A stretch of DNA of 64,000 nt, from NCBI GenBank assembly GCA_963707955.1, contig OY970176.1:32001-96000 (forward strand), given 5' to 3'. Made by a program: the position numbers and the translations under genes. Source of the DNA: Candidatus Bathyarchaeota archaeon (GTDB lineage Archaea; Thermoproteota; Bathyarchaeia; Bathyarchaeales; Bathycorpusculaceae). Shown here piece after piece: positions 49,793 through 58,821 of the stretch. How positions within the stretch are numbered: the first letter of the stretch is position 1; each line of letters begins with the position of its first letter. The notes under the pieces are model-generated. The model had not been told where the DNA came from and did no database searches. It was given only the letters and a program-made list of their open reading frames with translations.

Positions 49793-50290
49793 CTAGACTT
49801 TTCCCATTTCAAGAAAGCGCTCACTGTCTTCATCAGTCTTGTCCAAAGTGCCTTCTGCTTCCCAATGAGTCCCCACAACCTTGCTGACGTATCCATCAAT
49901 AAAACAGTACACTACGAAGAGAATCATAGCTGTAGGCAAGTTCGCCGAATAGAAGATTATGATTACTGACGGGATGGACACCATTAAAAGCGCGATGAAC
50001 AGCACAAACCCATGAACCAGCAATTTTTTCCAGTGATCATCTACTGGGATGCTCCATATCTTCTCTATAAGAAAACTGTTGACAGCACCAAAAATGAAGA
50101 ACAAGACAAGAAAGCCGATTATCAACCCTATAATAGCACCGAAAACAATTAAGCCAACAAGCATCGGGCCCAAGACGATACCCATAGTCAATTCGAATAT
50201 GCTGAAAAGAAGACCGTGACCAAAATATCTTGGCAGCAGATGGCCCAGTGAGGATTCTTTCGAGTCTCTCGTTGTCCCTTTCCAACACAT
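49793..50290 (-). CDS. Four-TM membrane protein
   Basis: Four hydrophobic helices; lies between repeat halves A and B. Confidence 0.7.
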   Translation of the reverse strand: MCWKGTTRDSKESSLGHLLPRYFGHGLLFSIFELTMGIVLGPMLVGLIVFGAIIGLIIGFLVLFFIFGAVNSFLIEKIWSIPVDDHWKKLLVHGFVLFIALLMVSIPSVIIIFYSANLPTAMILFVVYCFIDGYVSKVVGTHWEAEGTLDKTDEDSERFLEMGKV

Positions 50291-50391
50291 TCCACCTGCC
50301 GACTGCTTTACTTTCAGCTCGTTTCCACACGCAAGCTTAAATATGACACGTCAAGCAAAGACTCCTTCAAGATTATGTATCAGCTCGATTA

Positions 50392-50545
50392 TTTTGGGTT
50401 TTGGGTTTTGGAGGTAAAGTTTTACCCAACCAACTACAACTCTACTACGGTCACCAACCTAACTCTGTGACCACTCACTCCTTCTCCTACATACCCTCCT
50501 ATATACCCTCACACACGCACGCACACGCACACGGAGTGAGTGAGA
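50392..50545 (+). repeat. Repeat half B: (TTTTGGG)n-GGTAAAGTTTT-..CTAACTCT..CACTC..(CA/CG)n
   Basis: Similar to 52812-52970. Confidence 0.7.
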
Positions 50546-50552
50546 AGGATAA

Positions 50553-51026
50553 GCGTGCGCTAATCAGAGCAATGTCTTCAAAGCGCCAAAAGAGATTGTT
50601 TCTGAAATCTCTTCCACGAATCTGATGTGCTCTGCATCAATCCAAGAATTTATGGAACGCTGGAAAACAACAGGCTTTCTCTCTCGGTTAATTCCGTTTA
50701 GCTTTAAACACAGCACAGCCACGCAGAACAGGATAGTGAACAACCTAGAAAACAAGGTTTCGGACACAATACGTAATCATCCATACGTGATTAACAAGAA
50801 TCCTTCACCTGTCAAAACTTCCCCTGTCCTTTTACATCAACTTTCCATTTATGGTGAGGCACTAGGAAAGGAAACGCGTGCCATGCCCTATCGAGCAGAC
50901 ATACAATTGCATACTCTCGCTGAAGCACTCGCGATAATTGAAAACTCCAACGAGCTAACGCAAGGGCACGTTGACAGAATCGTTAACCTGCTCCGCTATG
51001 TGAATTATGATTTCAACGATATTTGA
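50553..51026 (+). pseudogene. C-terminal part of an MCM/DUF3987-like AAA+ helicase
   Basis: GFLSRLIPFSF Arg-finger-like motif and LAEALA..HVDRIVNLL lid helices; no Walker A; frame opens at 50553. Confidence 0.45.
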
Positions 51027-51511
51027 GAGGTGAGAGAGTGACAAAAACTAAACGTGTTTCAAAACGACAAATCAGCGCAATCAGAAGTTACGCTCGCAAA
51101 GGCTACTCTGCAAACAAGATTCAACACAAACTGAGACAAAGACACATGGGAATGAGGCGCACAAAACTTCTGAGCTACGTGAGGAAATACAAGCACAAAC
51201 AACCAAAAGCTCACCCTGAAAAACACATACGCAAAAAATACAGAAAATCAACATACCAAGCAAGACCAACTGGAAAACCAGCAATAGGACTGTTTCAGAA
51301 ACAGATTGCTTGCTACGGTTCAGAGCATGGAAAATCTAAAAGGATACAGATGAGTGGAAGCGGAAGACAACTGTATCAAGCCATGCAGATAGTTTCTAAG
51401 CATCCGCCCAAAAAACAGTTTCTAACCGTAAGTCCTGAGGCTTTGTTAGAAGACCCAGAAGAATATCTTGAAAGGGGACACTGGGATGCTAGGCCAAAAG
51501 TTGAAAGTTAA
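51023..51511 (+). CDS. Highly basic hypothetical protein (nucleic-acid binding?)
   Basis: Lys/Arg/His-rich; N-terminal HTH-like GYSANKIQ. Confidence 0.6.
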   Translation: MRGERVTKTKRVSKRQISAIRSYARKGYSANKIQHKLRQRHMGMRRTKLLSYVRKYKHKQPKAHPEKHIRKKYRKSTYQARPTGKPAIGLFQKQIACYGSEHGKSKRIQMSGSGRQLYQAMQIVSKHPPKKQFLTVSPEALLEDPEEYLERGHWDARPKVES

Positions 51512-51986
51512 TACTTCTCTGGTCTGGGGAGACTGGGACACAGAAACCATTAGGTTAGACTGGGATGACGCCCCTTCATTAGACGAAGTAAAACTCTGGT
51601 CTTACAGAGCAACCTTCTTTTTCAAACTGGAAGGATTCATAATCTCGGAATCAAGCCACAAAAACTATGTTGTGACACAGAAAAGAAAAATCTTTTTCAA
51701 ACTCAGAAAGGCAAGTTATCATGTAGTTTTTAATCGCCCAGTCGATTGGAGCTTAAACGTTCACGTTATGAACTGGGTTGCCTTGGAAAGCGGAAACGAG
51801 AACTTGCAGAAATATGTTAGGATGCAGTGCATCAAGGAAACTTCAACCGTGAGGATGTCAAGGAAGGGTAAGAAACCTATTCCAAAAATTATCTTCAGCT
51901 ATGGTCTGCAAGACAAGATGATTAAGAAGTATCTGGGAAATCGCAGTTTCATACTCAATTTTCTCAGGAAGGAAAGGAGGCGATAA
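51486..51986 (+). CDS. Small archaeo-eukaryotic primase (AEP)-like protein
   Basis: IRLDWDD (DxD), SYHVVF (motif II His) and TVRMS. Confidence 0.5.
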   Translation: MLGQKLKVNTSLVWGDWDTETIRLDWDDAPSLDEVKLWSYRATFFFKLEGFIISESSHKNYVVTQKRKIFFKLRKASYHVVFNRPVDWSLNVHVMNWVALESGNENLQKYVRMQCIKETSTVRMSRKGKKPIPKIIFSYGLQDKMIKKYLGNRSFILNFLRKERRR

Positions 51987-51988
51987 CA

Positions 51989-52165
51989 ATGGTTTGGAAA
52001 GACTGTGGCTATTTGAGTTTAACTAAGGATGGAAAGAAAGTGGCTGTCGTAGTTAAGAAGGCTCGGTACATAGCAAAACTTGAAGAACTACGAAAGGTTC
52101 TTGATGGGAAACAAAGCTACACTTACATCCTTGAACCTTCTTCAGAAAAAAGAGAGAAAATTTGA
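51989..52165 (+). CDS. 58-aa hypothetical protein, not in the ORF track
   Basis: MVWKDCGYLSLTKDGKKVAVVV..., preceded by GGAGG. Confidence 0.55.
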   Translation: MVWKDCGYLSLTKDGKKVAVVVKKARYIAKLEELRKVLDGKQSYTYILEPSSEKREKI

Positions 52166-52188
52166 AACTTTTGAGGGCGCGCGCTAAT

Positions 52189-52611
52189 CTAGGTCGCTGA
52201 TTTACCCGCTTTGAAGAGAAAGGCTTCTATCTGCTCTTTCGTCATGATGCCTTCTGCGATTTCGCCAGAATCAGCAACCAACGCTGGAAGAGTCTTGATT
52301 TTTTTAGAGTGGTCAAATTTCCAGTTTGAGAAGGCACTCTCCTTCGTTAGGTCAACCACCGTCAAAACGAAACCGTGCTCTGAGGCAAGCTCTGTGGCTT
52401 CTTCGACCATTCTCATTTGGTCTTCAGGAAGTACAAAATCGTATTCAATGACGGTTTCTTGGTCATAATATGAGTGCGCTCTCTGTGGCACCCCATAGAA
52501 TCTTGACAGAACCTCTCCCTGCTTGGGAACAAACACCTGCACATTTCTTTTAGGAATCTTAGCACTTCTCACGTAGAGAATGATTTCGGAGCTCATGCTC
52601 TTCGCCTTCAA
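52189..52611 (-). CDS. Hypothetical protein with thioredoxin-like C-terminus
   Basis: VVDL..IKTLPALV..G cis-Pro-like motif; no CxxC. Confidence 0.55.
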   Translation of the reverse strand: MKAKSMSSEIILYVRSAKIPKRNVQVFVPKQGEVLSRFYGVPQRAHSYYDQETVIEYDFVLPEDQMRMVEEATELASEHGFVLTVVDLTKESAFSNWKFDHSKKIKTLPALVADSGEIAEGIMTKEQIEAFLFKAGKSAT

Positions 52612-52706
52612 GTATTCTTTCTACCATGCTCCGAAAAAAAGTTTGCGTATCAAGTACGCGCCGTTTATCCATCTCTTTTTCTTTGCGCGATATCTCGCTA
52701 TCTCTA

Positions 52707-52980
52707 TCTGTCTGTGTGTCTGTCTGCCTGCCTGTCTGGGTCTGTCAGAGAGAGAGGGATAGTATAGGTGAATAGTGGAAAGGCACAGTCGTAGTCGTGG
52801 TCGTAGAAAGGTTTGGGTTTGGGTTTGGGGGGTAAAGTTTAATCTTCCTAAATCTCTCTCTCGATTTCTTATGCACGCGACGACGCTCTAACTCTGACGC
52901 TCTAACTCTGACGCTCTAACTCTACCCCCTACTCACTCACTCTACACACGCACACACACACGCACACAAAAAAACACGCA
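52707..52980 (+). repeat. Contiguous A+B repeat element, including 3 x GACGCTCTAACTCT (52882-52923)
   Basis: Halves match 49676-49760 and 50392-50545. Confidence 0.75.
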
Positions 52981-53229
52981 GAAGTCAGAGAAACTTCGGG
53001 TTTCATCGGGCTTTCTCTGTTTCTCATATTCCTCTTTCAGTTTGACTAGAGCGCGCGTTACTCTGCACAATAACTTTTGCAATCACTCGAGCGCGCGTGT
53101 GCTCAGGGTTTAGACAGAATCGCTATTTTGGATTCATAACGCTTTTCTAATGCGCGCTAGGAAATAGCATATGAGCAAAATGTCTATTTGGTGATCTTGT
53201 TGTCTCACAGTGAAGAGAGAGTTGAGGGA

Positions 53230-53709
53230 ATGACTGAGAAAGAGACCAACGTGACTCTAACAGTCGAGGACGTGATGGTCAAGGAAGTAATAAAGATAAA
53301 CGAGGACGTCATGGTCAAAGAAGCCGCTAAATTAATGAACAAGTATGAAATCGGCTGCTTGATAGCTCTTAAGAAGGGCAAGGTCTCGGGAATTTTGACA
53401 GAGAGAGACTTGTTGAAAAGGGTGGTTGCTGAGGCGAAGGATGCGTCCAAAATAAGAGTCAAAGATGTGATGACGAGTCCTTTGGTTGTTGCTGAACCAA
53501 AGATGGATCTTGTTGAAGGTGTGAGATTGATGTTTCAGATGAAGATAAAGAAGTTGCCTGTGGTCGAAGACAAGCGCTTAATGGGTCTATTGAGTTTGAC
53601 TGACATTGCTCGTTTCCAACCTCAAATGATGGTGCTGGTCAGACTACTTGCCGCCAATCAGACCACACCAAAAAGCATGCAAAAAGTAATCGACCGCTAC
53701 ATTATCTAG
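53230..53709 (+). CDS. CBS domain pair protein
   Basis: VEDVM, GILTERD, VKDVMT and LPVV motifs. Confidence 0.9.
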   Translation: MTEKETNVTLTVEDVMVKEVIKINEDVMVKEAAKLMNKYEIGCLIALKKGKVSGILTERDLLKRVVAEAKDASKIRVKDVMTSPLVVAEPKMDLVEGVRLMFQMKIKKLPVVEDKRLMGLLSLTDIARFQPQMMVLVRLLAANQTTPKSMQKVIDRYII

Positions 53710-53914
53710 CGCGCACACCATCGCAATCTCACCTTCTCATACCTGTCCAGACATGCTCTGCAAACCCTACAAAAAAGGAACGAGTCTAGTCAACTTACGC
53801 GCGCTAATCTTCTTAGAACCTCAAAGCTAATCCTGAAATGATCCTTCCAAAGCAAGTGCTTGCACAAACTGTGACGAAAGCCGTTTAGCTCGCGCCAAAA
53901 GAAGAAACTTTTTT

Positions 53915-54142
53915 CTATCCTTCATGCGCGATCATCGTTATTGTTGATTTAACTCTCTCCAGTCTCCTTATCTTGTCATGTGATTCTTTGAGCCTGTCCA
54001 TAGTATCCGCTCTTGTTCTTACAATGATGTCATAGACGCCGTAGACAGGATAAGCTTCTTCAACTCCCTTAATCTCCCTCAATGCTTTCATCAACATCGG
54101 GTGATATTCTTCTGAATTTATCAACAAATATGCCGTAGGCAT
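53915..54142 (-). CDS. Stand-alone Lrp/AsnC ligand-binding (RAM) domain protein
   Basis: MPTAYLLIN..VYGVYDII. Confidence 0.85.
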   Translation of the reverse strand: MPTAYLLINSEEYHPMLMKALREIKGVEEAYPVYGVYDIIVRTRADTMDRLKESHDKIRRLERVKSTITMIAHEG

Positions 54143-54282
54143 CCAAATCACCTTTTACTCTCTCTGAACACTTGGCTTTTAGCTTTTGGGCGCGCGCTAG
54201 CAGAAGCAGAGTTTCCTTCACTATCCGAGATTCATAACATTTTTACATCATTTTCTCTAGTTAGCTAAAAGGGAATTTGAAG

Positions 54283-54450
54283 ATGGTTAATTGTCCAGAA
54301 TGTGGGAAACTATTGAAAAAGGGCTCGCGCAAGAAAAGGTACTGCTGCGAAAACAGCGCTTGTTCCGTTATATTTGTTCTTCATCCTGACAATCAATCAT
54401 TAATGGAGATAAAATACAAGGCCAGCGCGAGCTCTAAGGCTTCCGTATGA
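54283..54450 (+). CDS. 55-aa zinc-ribbon protein, not in the ORF track
   Basis: MVNCPECGKLL..YCCENSACSVIFV. Confidence 0.55.
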   Translation: MVNCPECGKLLKKGSRKKRYCCENSACSVIFVLHPDNQSLMEIKYKASASSKASV

Positions 54451-54759
54451 AGCGACCCGTCTTAAGGTAGCGCGCGCTAACTTAAGGAGCGAGATTGCCC
54501 TTTGCAAGGTTCGAAGCAAAGTAGTTCAAGCGCCGCGCAGTACTGAAGTCAGATTTGGCTTTTGACAAGGGCATGCCAAAATTTCTTGCTTCCACGAACT
54601 TTGCCCAAAAAATTTCTCAACCAGTAGCGTGCACTGATTCGGTTTCCAACGTGCTTCAAGAGAAAAGAGGGGATTTGCGGGAGACATCGCCTTAATTAGG
54701 AAGATATTTACTTTTCCTAGCCATAGTTCGCAATTTGCGTCAGGATGCTGTTGAGTGTA

Positions 54760-57219
54760 ATGAAGAGACTGCCAAAAGTGCTCAGTATTTCGGCGATTGA
54801 GAAGAAGTGGCAGGGCGAATGGGAAAAGATGGGGACGTACCGTTTCGACTGGAAGGATAGTGGAAGCCCTAGGTTCAGCATTGACACGCCTCCGCCGTAC
54901 GCGTCTGGAGAGTTCCACATGGGAACGGTTCTCAACTGGACATACTTTGACATCGTGGCCCGTTACAAGCGCATGGACGGCTACAACGTTCACTTTCCAC
55001 AAGGATGGGACTGTCACGGTTTGCCCGTTGAGGTGGAAGTTGAAAAGGAGCACGGGATCAAGAAAACGGACATTCCTCCCGACCATTTCAGGAAGCTATG
55101 TGAAAAGCTCGTGAACGAATACATTGGTTCCATGAAGGCTGACATGACCCGCCTTGGATATTCGATGGATTGGACGACGGAGTACAAGACGATGGACCCG
55201 GACTACTGGAGACGCACCCAGCTCTCGTTCATTCTCCTCTACAACAAAGGCTTCATCTACCGTGGAACGCATCCTGTGAACTGGTGTCCAAGATGCGAAA
55301 CCGCGATCGCTGACGCCGAAGTCGAACACGAAACAAGAAACGCCGAGTTGCATTACATCAAGTTCGAGCTTGAAGAGGGCGGTTTCCTCGAGATAGCCAC
55401 GACAAGACCCGAGCTCATTCCAGCCTGTGTAACAGTGGCTGTGAACCCTGACGACGAACGATACAAACAGTACGTCGGAAAGAGGGTTAAGGTGCCAACA
55501 ACGAACAGAACGGTTGAAGTTGTAACTGACGAAATGGTCGACCCGAAGTTCGGCACTGGAGCAGTGATGATCTGCACGTACGGCGACAAGGCTGACGTCA
55601 AGAGCGTCGCAGTGCATCATCTACCTGCCATAGTGTGCATAGACGAAAAGGGCAGAATGACCGAAAACGCCGGAAAATACGCTGGCATGCAGACTGAAGA
55701 GGCCAAGGAGGCCATTCTCAAAGACCTGCGGAATGATGGGCGGCTAGGAAAGACTGAAACTCTCAAGCAGGAGGTGAGCATCTGCTGGAGATGCAAGACT
55801 CCGATAGAAATCCTTGAGAGGGAACAGTGGTTCATGAAGACACGTGTCCTCACCGACAAGGTCGAAAAGAACGCTTTAGAGATCAAGTGGTATCCTGACT
55901 ACATGAAGCATCGCCTGATCGACTGGGCAAAGTCGCTTGAGTGGGACTGGGTAATATCGCGGCAGAGAGTGTTCGCAACGCCGATACCCATCTGGTACTG
56001 CAAAAAATGCGGTGAAATAATCCTTGCCGAACCTGAGTGGGTGCCGATAGACCCGCGGCTAGAAAGCCCGAGAACTGCGAAGTGTCCGAAATGCGGCCAC
56101 GGGGAGTTTAAGCCAGAGACAGATGTGCTGGATACCTGGTTTGACTCGTCGATAACGTGTGCGGTGCACGCTGGGTGGCCTGACAAGAAAGACTGGAGAA
56201 GACTGTTCCCAGCGGACATGCACCCTTCAGGCGTAGACATCATCCGTACGTGGGCCTACTATTTGATGGTCAGGCACTTGGCCCTGTTTGACGAAAAACC
56301 GTACAGGAGCTGCTTGATCAACGGCATGGTGCTGGGAACAGACGGCCGCGAGATGCACAAGTCTTTGGGCAATTATGTGTCATCTGAAGAAGTTCTTGAG
56401 AAGTACGGAGCAGACGCGACGAGGCAGTGGGCCGCAGGCGGCGGCGCCACGGGTTCAGACATTCCGTTCCGATGGCCGGATGTGGAATATGGCTGGCGCT
56501 TCTTGATCAAACTGTGGAACGCATCGAGCTTCGTGAGCAACTTGTTGAAGGACTATGCGCCGACTGAGAAGTCCAGAGACAATCTTCAGCCCTTGGATAA
56601 GTGGATACTGAGCAAGGCTGAAAAGGTTACTGAAAAGGTGACTGAGGCTCTAGAGAACTGTCAGTTCAACACGGCTTTGGAAGAAACTCGCAATTTCACC
56701 TGGCACATCTTCTGCGACTGCTACTTAGAGGCTGTGAAAGACCGCCTTTACAGGCCAGAAATCTACGGAGAAGACAAGAAAAGGGCGGCGCAGTACGCGT
56801 TACACGTTGTCTTGAACAGAATCCTGCATCTTCTGGCACCGATAACACCTCACGTTACAGAAGAGATCTATCAAACTCTGTACGCGGAAGAGGAAAAGCA
56901 AGGAAGCATCCATCGTTCTTCCTGGCCACGAGTTGACAAAACGCGTTTTGATGAAGAAGCGGAAACGCGTGGAGACCTAATCATGGCAATCATCACAGAG
57001 GTTCGAAGGGAGAAAGCTGAAAAGCATCTGCCATTGAATGCACCAATCAAGAAGCTCACGATCTACGCTGGAGAAAAAAGCTTTGGAGAAACAATTGCTG
57101 AAGGCAAGGAGGACATATCTGGTTCTTGCAAGGTCGCAGACCTGAAGATTCTGCCAGACAAGGGTGAGGGCAGAGAGGCCAAACCGTTCAACGTCAGCTT
57201 CATCACAGATTATCAGTGA
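54760..57219 (+). CDS. valS: Valine--tRNA ligase (archaeal type)
   Basis: DTPPPY..HMG, GWDCHGLP, ATTRPE, DWVISRQR and EMHKSLGN motifs. Confidence 0.96.
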   Translation: MKRLPKVLSISAIEKKWQGEWEKMGTYRFDWKDSGSPRFSIDTPPPYASGEFHMGTVLNWTYFDIVARYKRMDGYNVHFPQGWDCHGLPVEVEVEKEHGIKKTDIPPDHFRKLCEKLVNEYIGSMKADMTRLGYSMDWTTEYKTMDPDYWRRTQLSFILLYNKGFIYRGTHPVNWCPRCETAIADAEVEHETRNAELHYIKFELEEGGFLEIATTRPELIPACVTVAVNPDDERYKQYVGKRVKVPTTNRTVEVVTDEMVDPKFGTGAVMICTYGDKADVKSVAVHHLPAIVCIDEKGRMTENAGKYAGMQTEEAKEAILKDLRNDGRLGKTETLKQEVSICWRCKTPIEILEREQWFMKTRVLTDKVEKNALEIKWYPDYMKHRLIDWAKSLEWDWVISRQRVFATPIPIWYCKKCGEIILAEPEWVPIDPRLESPRTAKCPKCGHGEFKPETDVLDTWFDSSITCAVHAGWPDKKDWRRLFPADMHPSGVDIIRTWAYYLMVRHLALFDEKPYRSCLINGMVLGTDGREMHKSLGNYVSSEEVLEKYGADATRQWAAGGGATGSDIPFRWPDVEYGWRFLIKLWNASSFVSNLLKDYAPTEKSRDNLQPLDKWILSKAEKVTEKVTEALENCQFNTALEETRNFTWHIFCDCYLEAVKDRLYRPEIYGEDKKRAAQYALHVVLNRILHLLAPITPHVTEEIYQTLYAEEEKQGSIHRSSWPRVDKTRFDEEAETRGDLIMAIITEVRREKAEKHLPLNAPIKKLTIYAGEKSFGETIAEGKEDISGSCKVADLKILPDKGEGREAKPFNVSFITDYQ

Positions 57220-57238
57220 CCCTCGGAAGCGGTGGACA

Positions 57239-57979
57239 GTGAAGAGAGTTGGGATAATAGGGTGCGGCGTAATCGGCACTGTAATCGCAAAAGCAGTTGA
57301 TGAAGGGATTGTTAAGTGTGACGAGCTCATTCTCTACGACTGCAATCACGAGAAGGCGGAGAACCTTCGAAAATCTCTGCGCGTCGACGTCGAAGTCGTC
57401 AGAAGCCTTGAAGAAATGCTTAGAATCAAACCTGCAGTGATCGTGGAGGCAGCGTCACAGCAAGCTGTCAAAGAATACCTTCCGAGGATCCTAGCGGAGA
57501 ACGTTGAACTCATAGTCATGAGCGTGGGTGCGCTTCTTGAAATGGACGTCAGAAGCCGTAAAATTCACGTGCCCTCAGGAGCTATAGGCGGCTTAGACGC
57601 AGTTTCCAGTGCAGCGCTCGCTGGGATTGACGAGGTCACCCTGACTACGAGAAAGAACCCTCAGACTCTTGACTTGAACAATCAAGGAGAAAAGGTTGCT
57701 TACGATGGGTATGCTGAGGAGGCTGTCAGGCTTTTTCCAAGAGAGATGAACGTCGCTGCAACCCTGGCTTTGGCTGTCAGGCCAAAGAAAGTGATGGTCA
57801 AAGTAATATCAGACCCCAAAGTGAACAGGAACATCCATGAGGTCAAAGTCGCTTGGAAACATGGCGATATGCTTTTGAGGTTTGAAAACGACTCGTATCC
57901 AGACAACCCTAAGACAAGTGCTCTTGCAGCGTGGTCCGCGATAAAGCTACTGAACGAAGTGCTGGAAAAAACATTTTAG
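57239..57979 (+). CDS. nadX: L-aspartate dehydrogenase family (NadX)
   Basis: GCGVIG, EAAS, SGAIGGLD, NVAATL and NPKTS motifs. Confidence 0.88.
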   Translation: MKRVGIIGCGVIGTVIAKAVDEGIVKCDELILYDCNHEKAENLRKSLRVDVEVVRSLEEMLRIKPAVIVEAASQQAVKEYLPRILAENVELIVMSVGALLEMDVRSRKIHVPSGAIGGLDAVSSAALAGIDEVTLTTRKNPQTLDLNNQGEKVAYDGYAEEAVRLFPREMNVAATLALAVRPKKVMVKVISDPKVNRNIHEVKVAWKHGDMLLRFENDSYPDNPKTSALAAWSAIKLLNEVLEKTF

Positions 57980-57981
57980 CC

Positions 57982-58782
57982 TCACGGTCTTAACCCCGTG
58001 CCCACGTCTATCCAGAGTCTTTCGCCGATTTTTCTATAACCGATCTTTTCATAAACCCTGATTGCAGGATAATTGTCTGACCTCACGAACAAAACCGCCG
58101 CTTCCGCCTGCCTCAACGCTTCTTCGGTAACTGCAGACGTGGCTAGGAGTGCGTACCCTTTGTTCCTGTAGTTGGGGTCAGTGTAGACTCCTCCTATCAT
58201 CCAGACCTGGGGCAGCTGAATGAAGGAACCGGCATACGAGACCAGCACGTCTTTCTTGAAGACGCCGTAGATCGGCAACTTCGCTACCCATTCAATGTAC
58301 CTCTTCATCATTCTCTTGGGACGATCCGTCCTTTGGAGAAGGAGTCTAGCTAGCATCGCCGCGTCCTCTTCGGTGACCAATCGCTTCACAAGTCTTGAAT
58401 TGTAAAAGATTGCTTCAGGCTTTCTTATCAGCATCCAGTTTTCGGTGTAGTCTTTTGCGTTAGAAAGATTATTCTTTATGACTGGCAGAAGGTTTGGTGT
58501 CGCATGCATTATGAAGTGGTTCTCGGGTGCATGGACAATCAGCGTTTCAGCAGCATCTTCTTCGGATTCTAGGATTACGCTTGGAACGTCGGCGGCGGTG
58601 TAGGTGAGGATGTATCCAATCACGCGGTTTTTTTGGAAGGCCGCGTAGGTTGTCGTGTGTTCAGGGTCGTACTGAACATCGTAGAAAGCGAAAACATGTT
58701 TGATGACGTCTGACTTAACACATTCAACGAAGCGCTGTTTGTTTCCCTCATCAATCTTCTCAACTTTGAACATTAAACTCAC
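57982..58782 (-). CDS. GNAT acetyltransferase
   Basis: GVYTDPNYRNKGYA and NYPAIRVYEKIGY motifs. Confidence 0.88.
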   Translation of the reverse strand: MSLMFKVEKIDEGNKQRFVECVKSDVIKHVFAFYDVQYDPEHTTTYAAFQKNRVIGYILTYTAADVPSVILESEEDAAETLIVHAPENHFIMHATPNLLPVIKNNLSNAKDYTENWMLIRKPEAIFYNSRLVKRLVTEEDAAMLARLLLQRTDRPKRMMKRYIEWVAKLPIYGVFKKDVLVSYAGSFIQLPQVWMIGGVYTDPNYRNKGYALLATSAVTEEALRQAEAAVLFVRSDNYPAIRVYEKIGYRKIGERLWIDVGTGLRP

Positions 58783-58821
58783 GGTACAACAATGTTAATT
58801 ATCAATGTTAATTATCGCGCA

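Larger units (their letters stand above)
50553..52186 (+). mobile_element. Virus/plasmid-derived fragment (truncated AAA+ helicase-like gene, basic protein, AEP-like primase, small ORF)
   Basis: Tightly packed, A-rich, co-oriented ORFs; begins at GCGTGCGCTA and ends at GGCGCGCGCTA. Confidence 0.6.

Noticed and set aside
49537-49969. ORFs 49537-49899(-) and 49586-49969(+)
   Set aside because: They are translations of the TCTG low-complexity repeat (LSVCLSVCL / RQTDKQTD) and overlap a real membrane gene.
52882-52923. 3 x 14-bp repeat as a CRISPR array
   Set aside because: No spacers; it is a simple tandem expansion within the larger repeat element.
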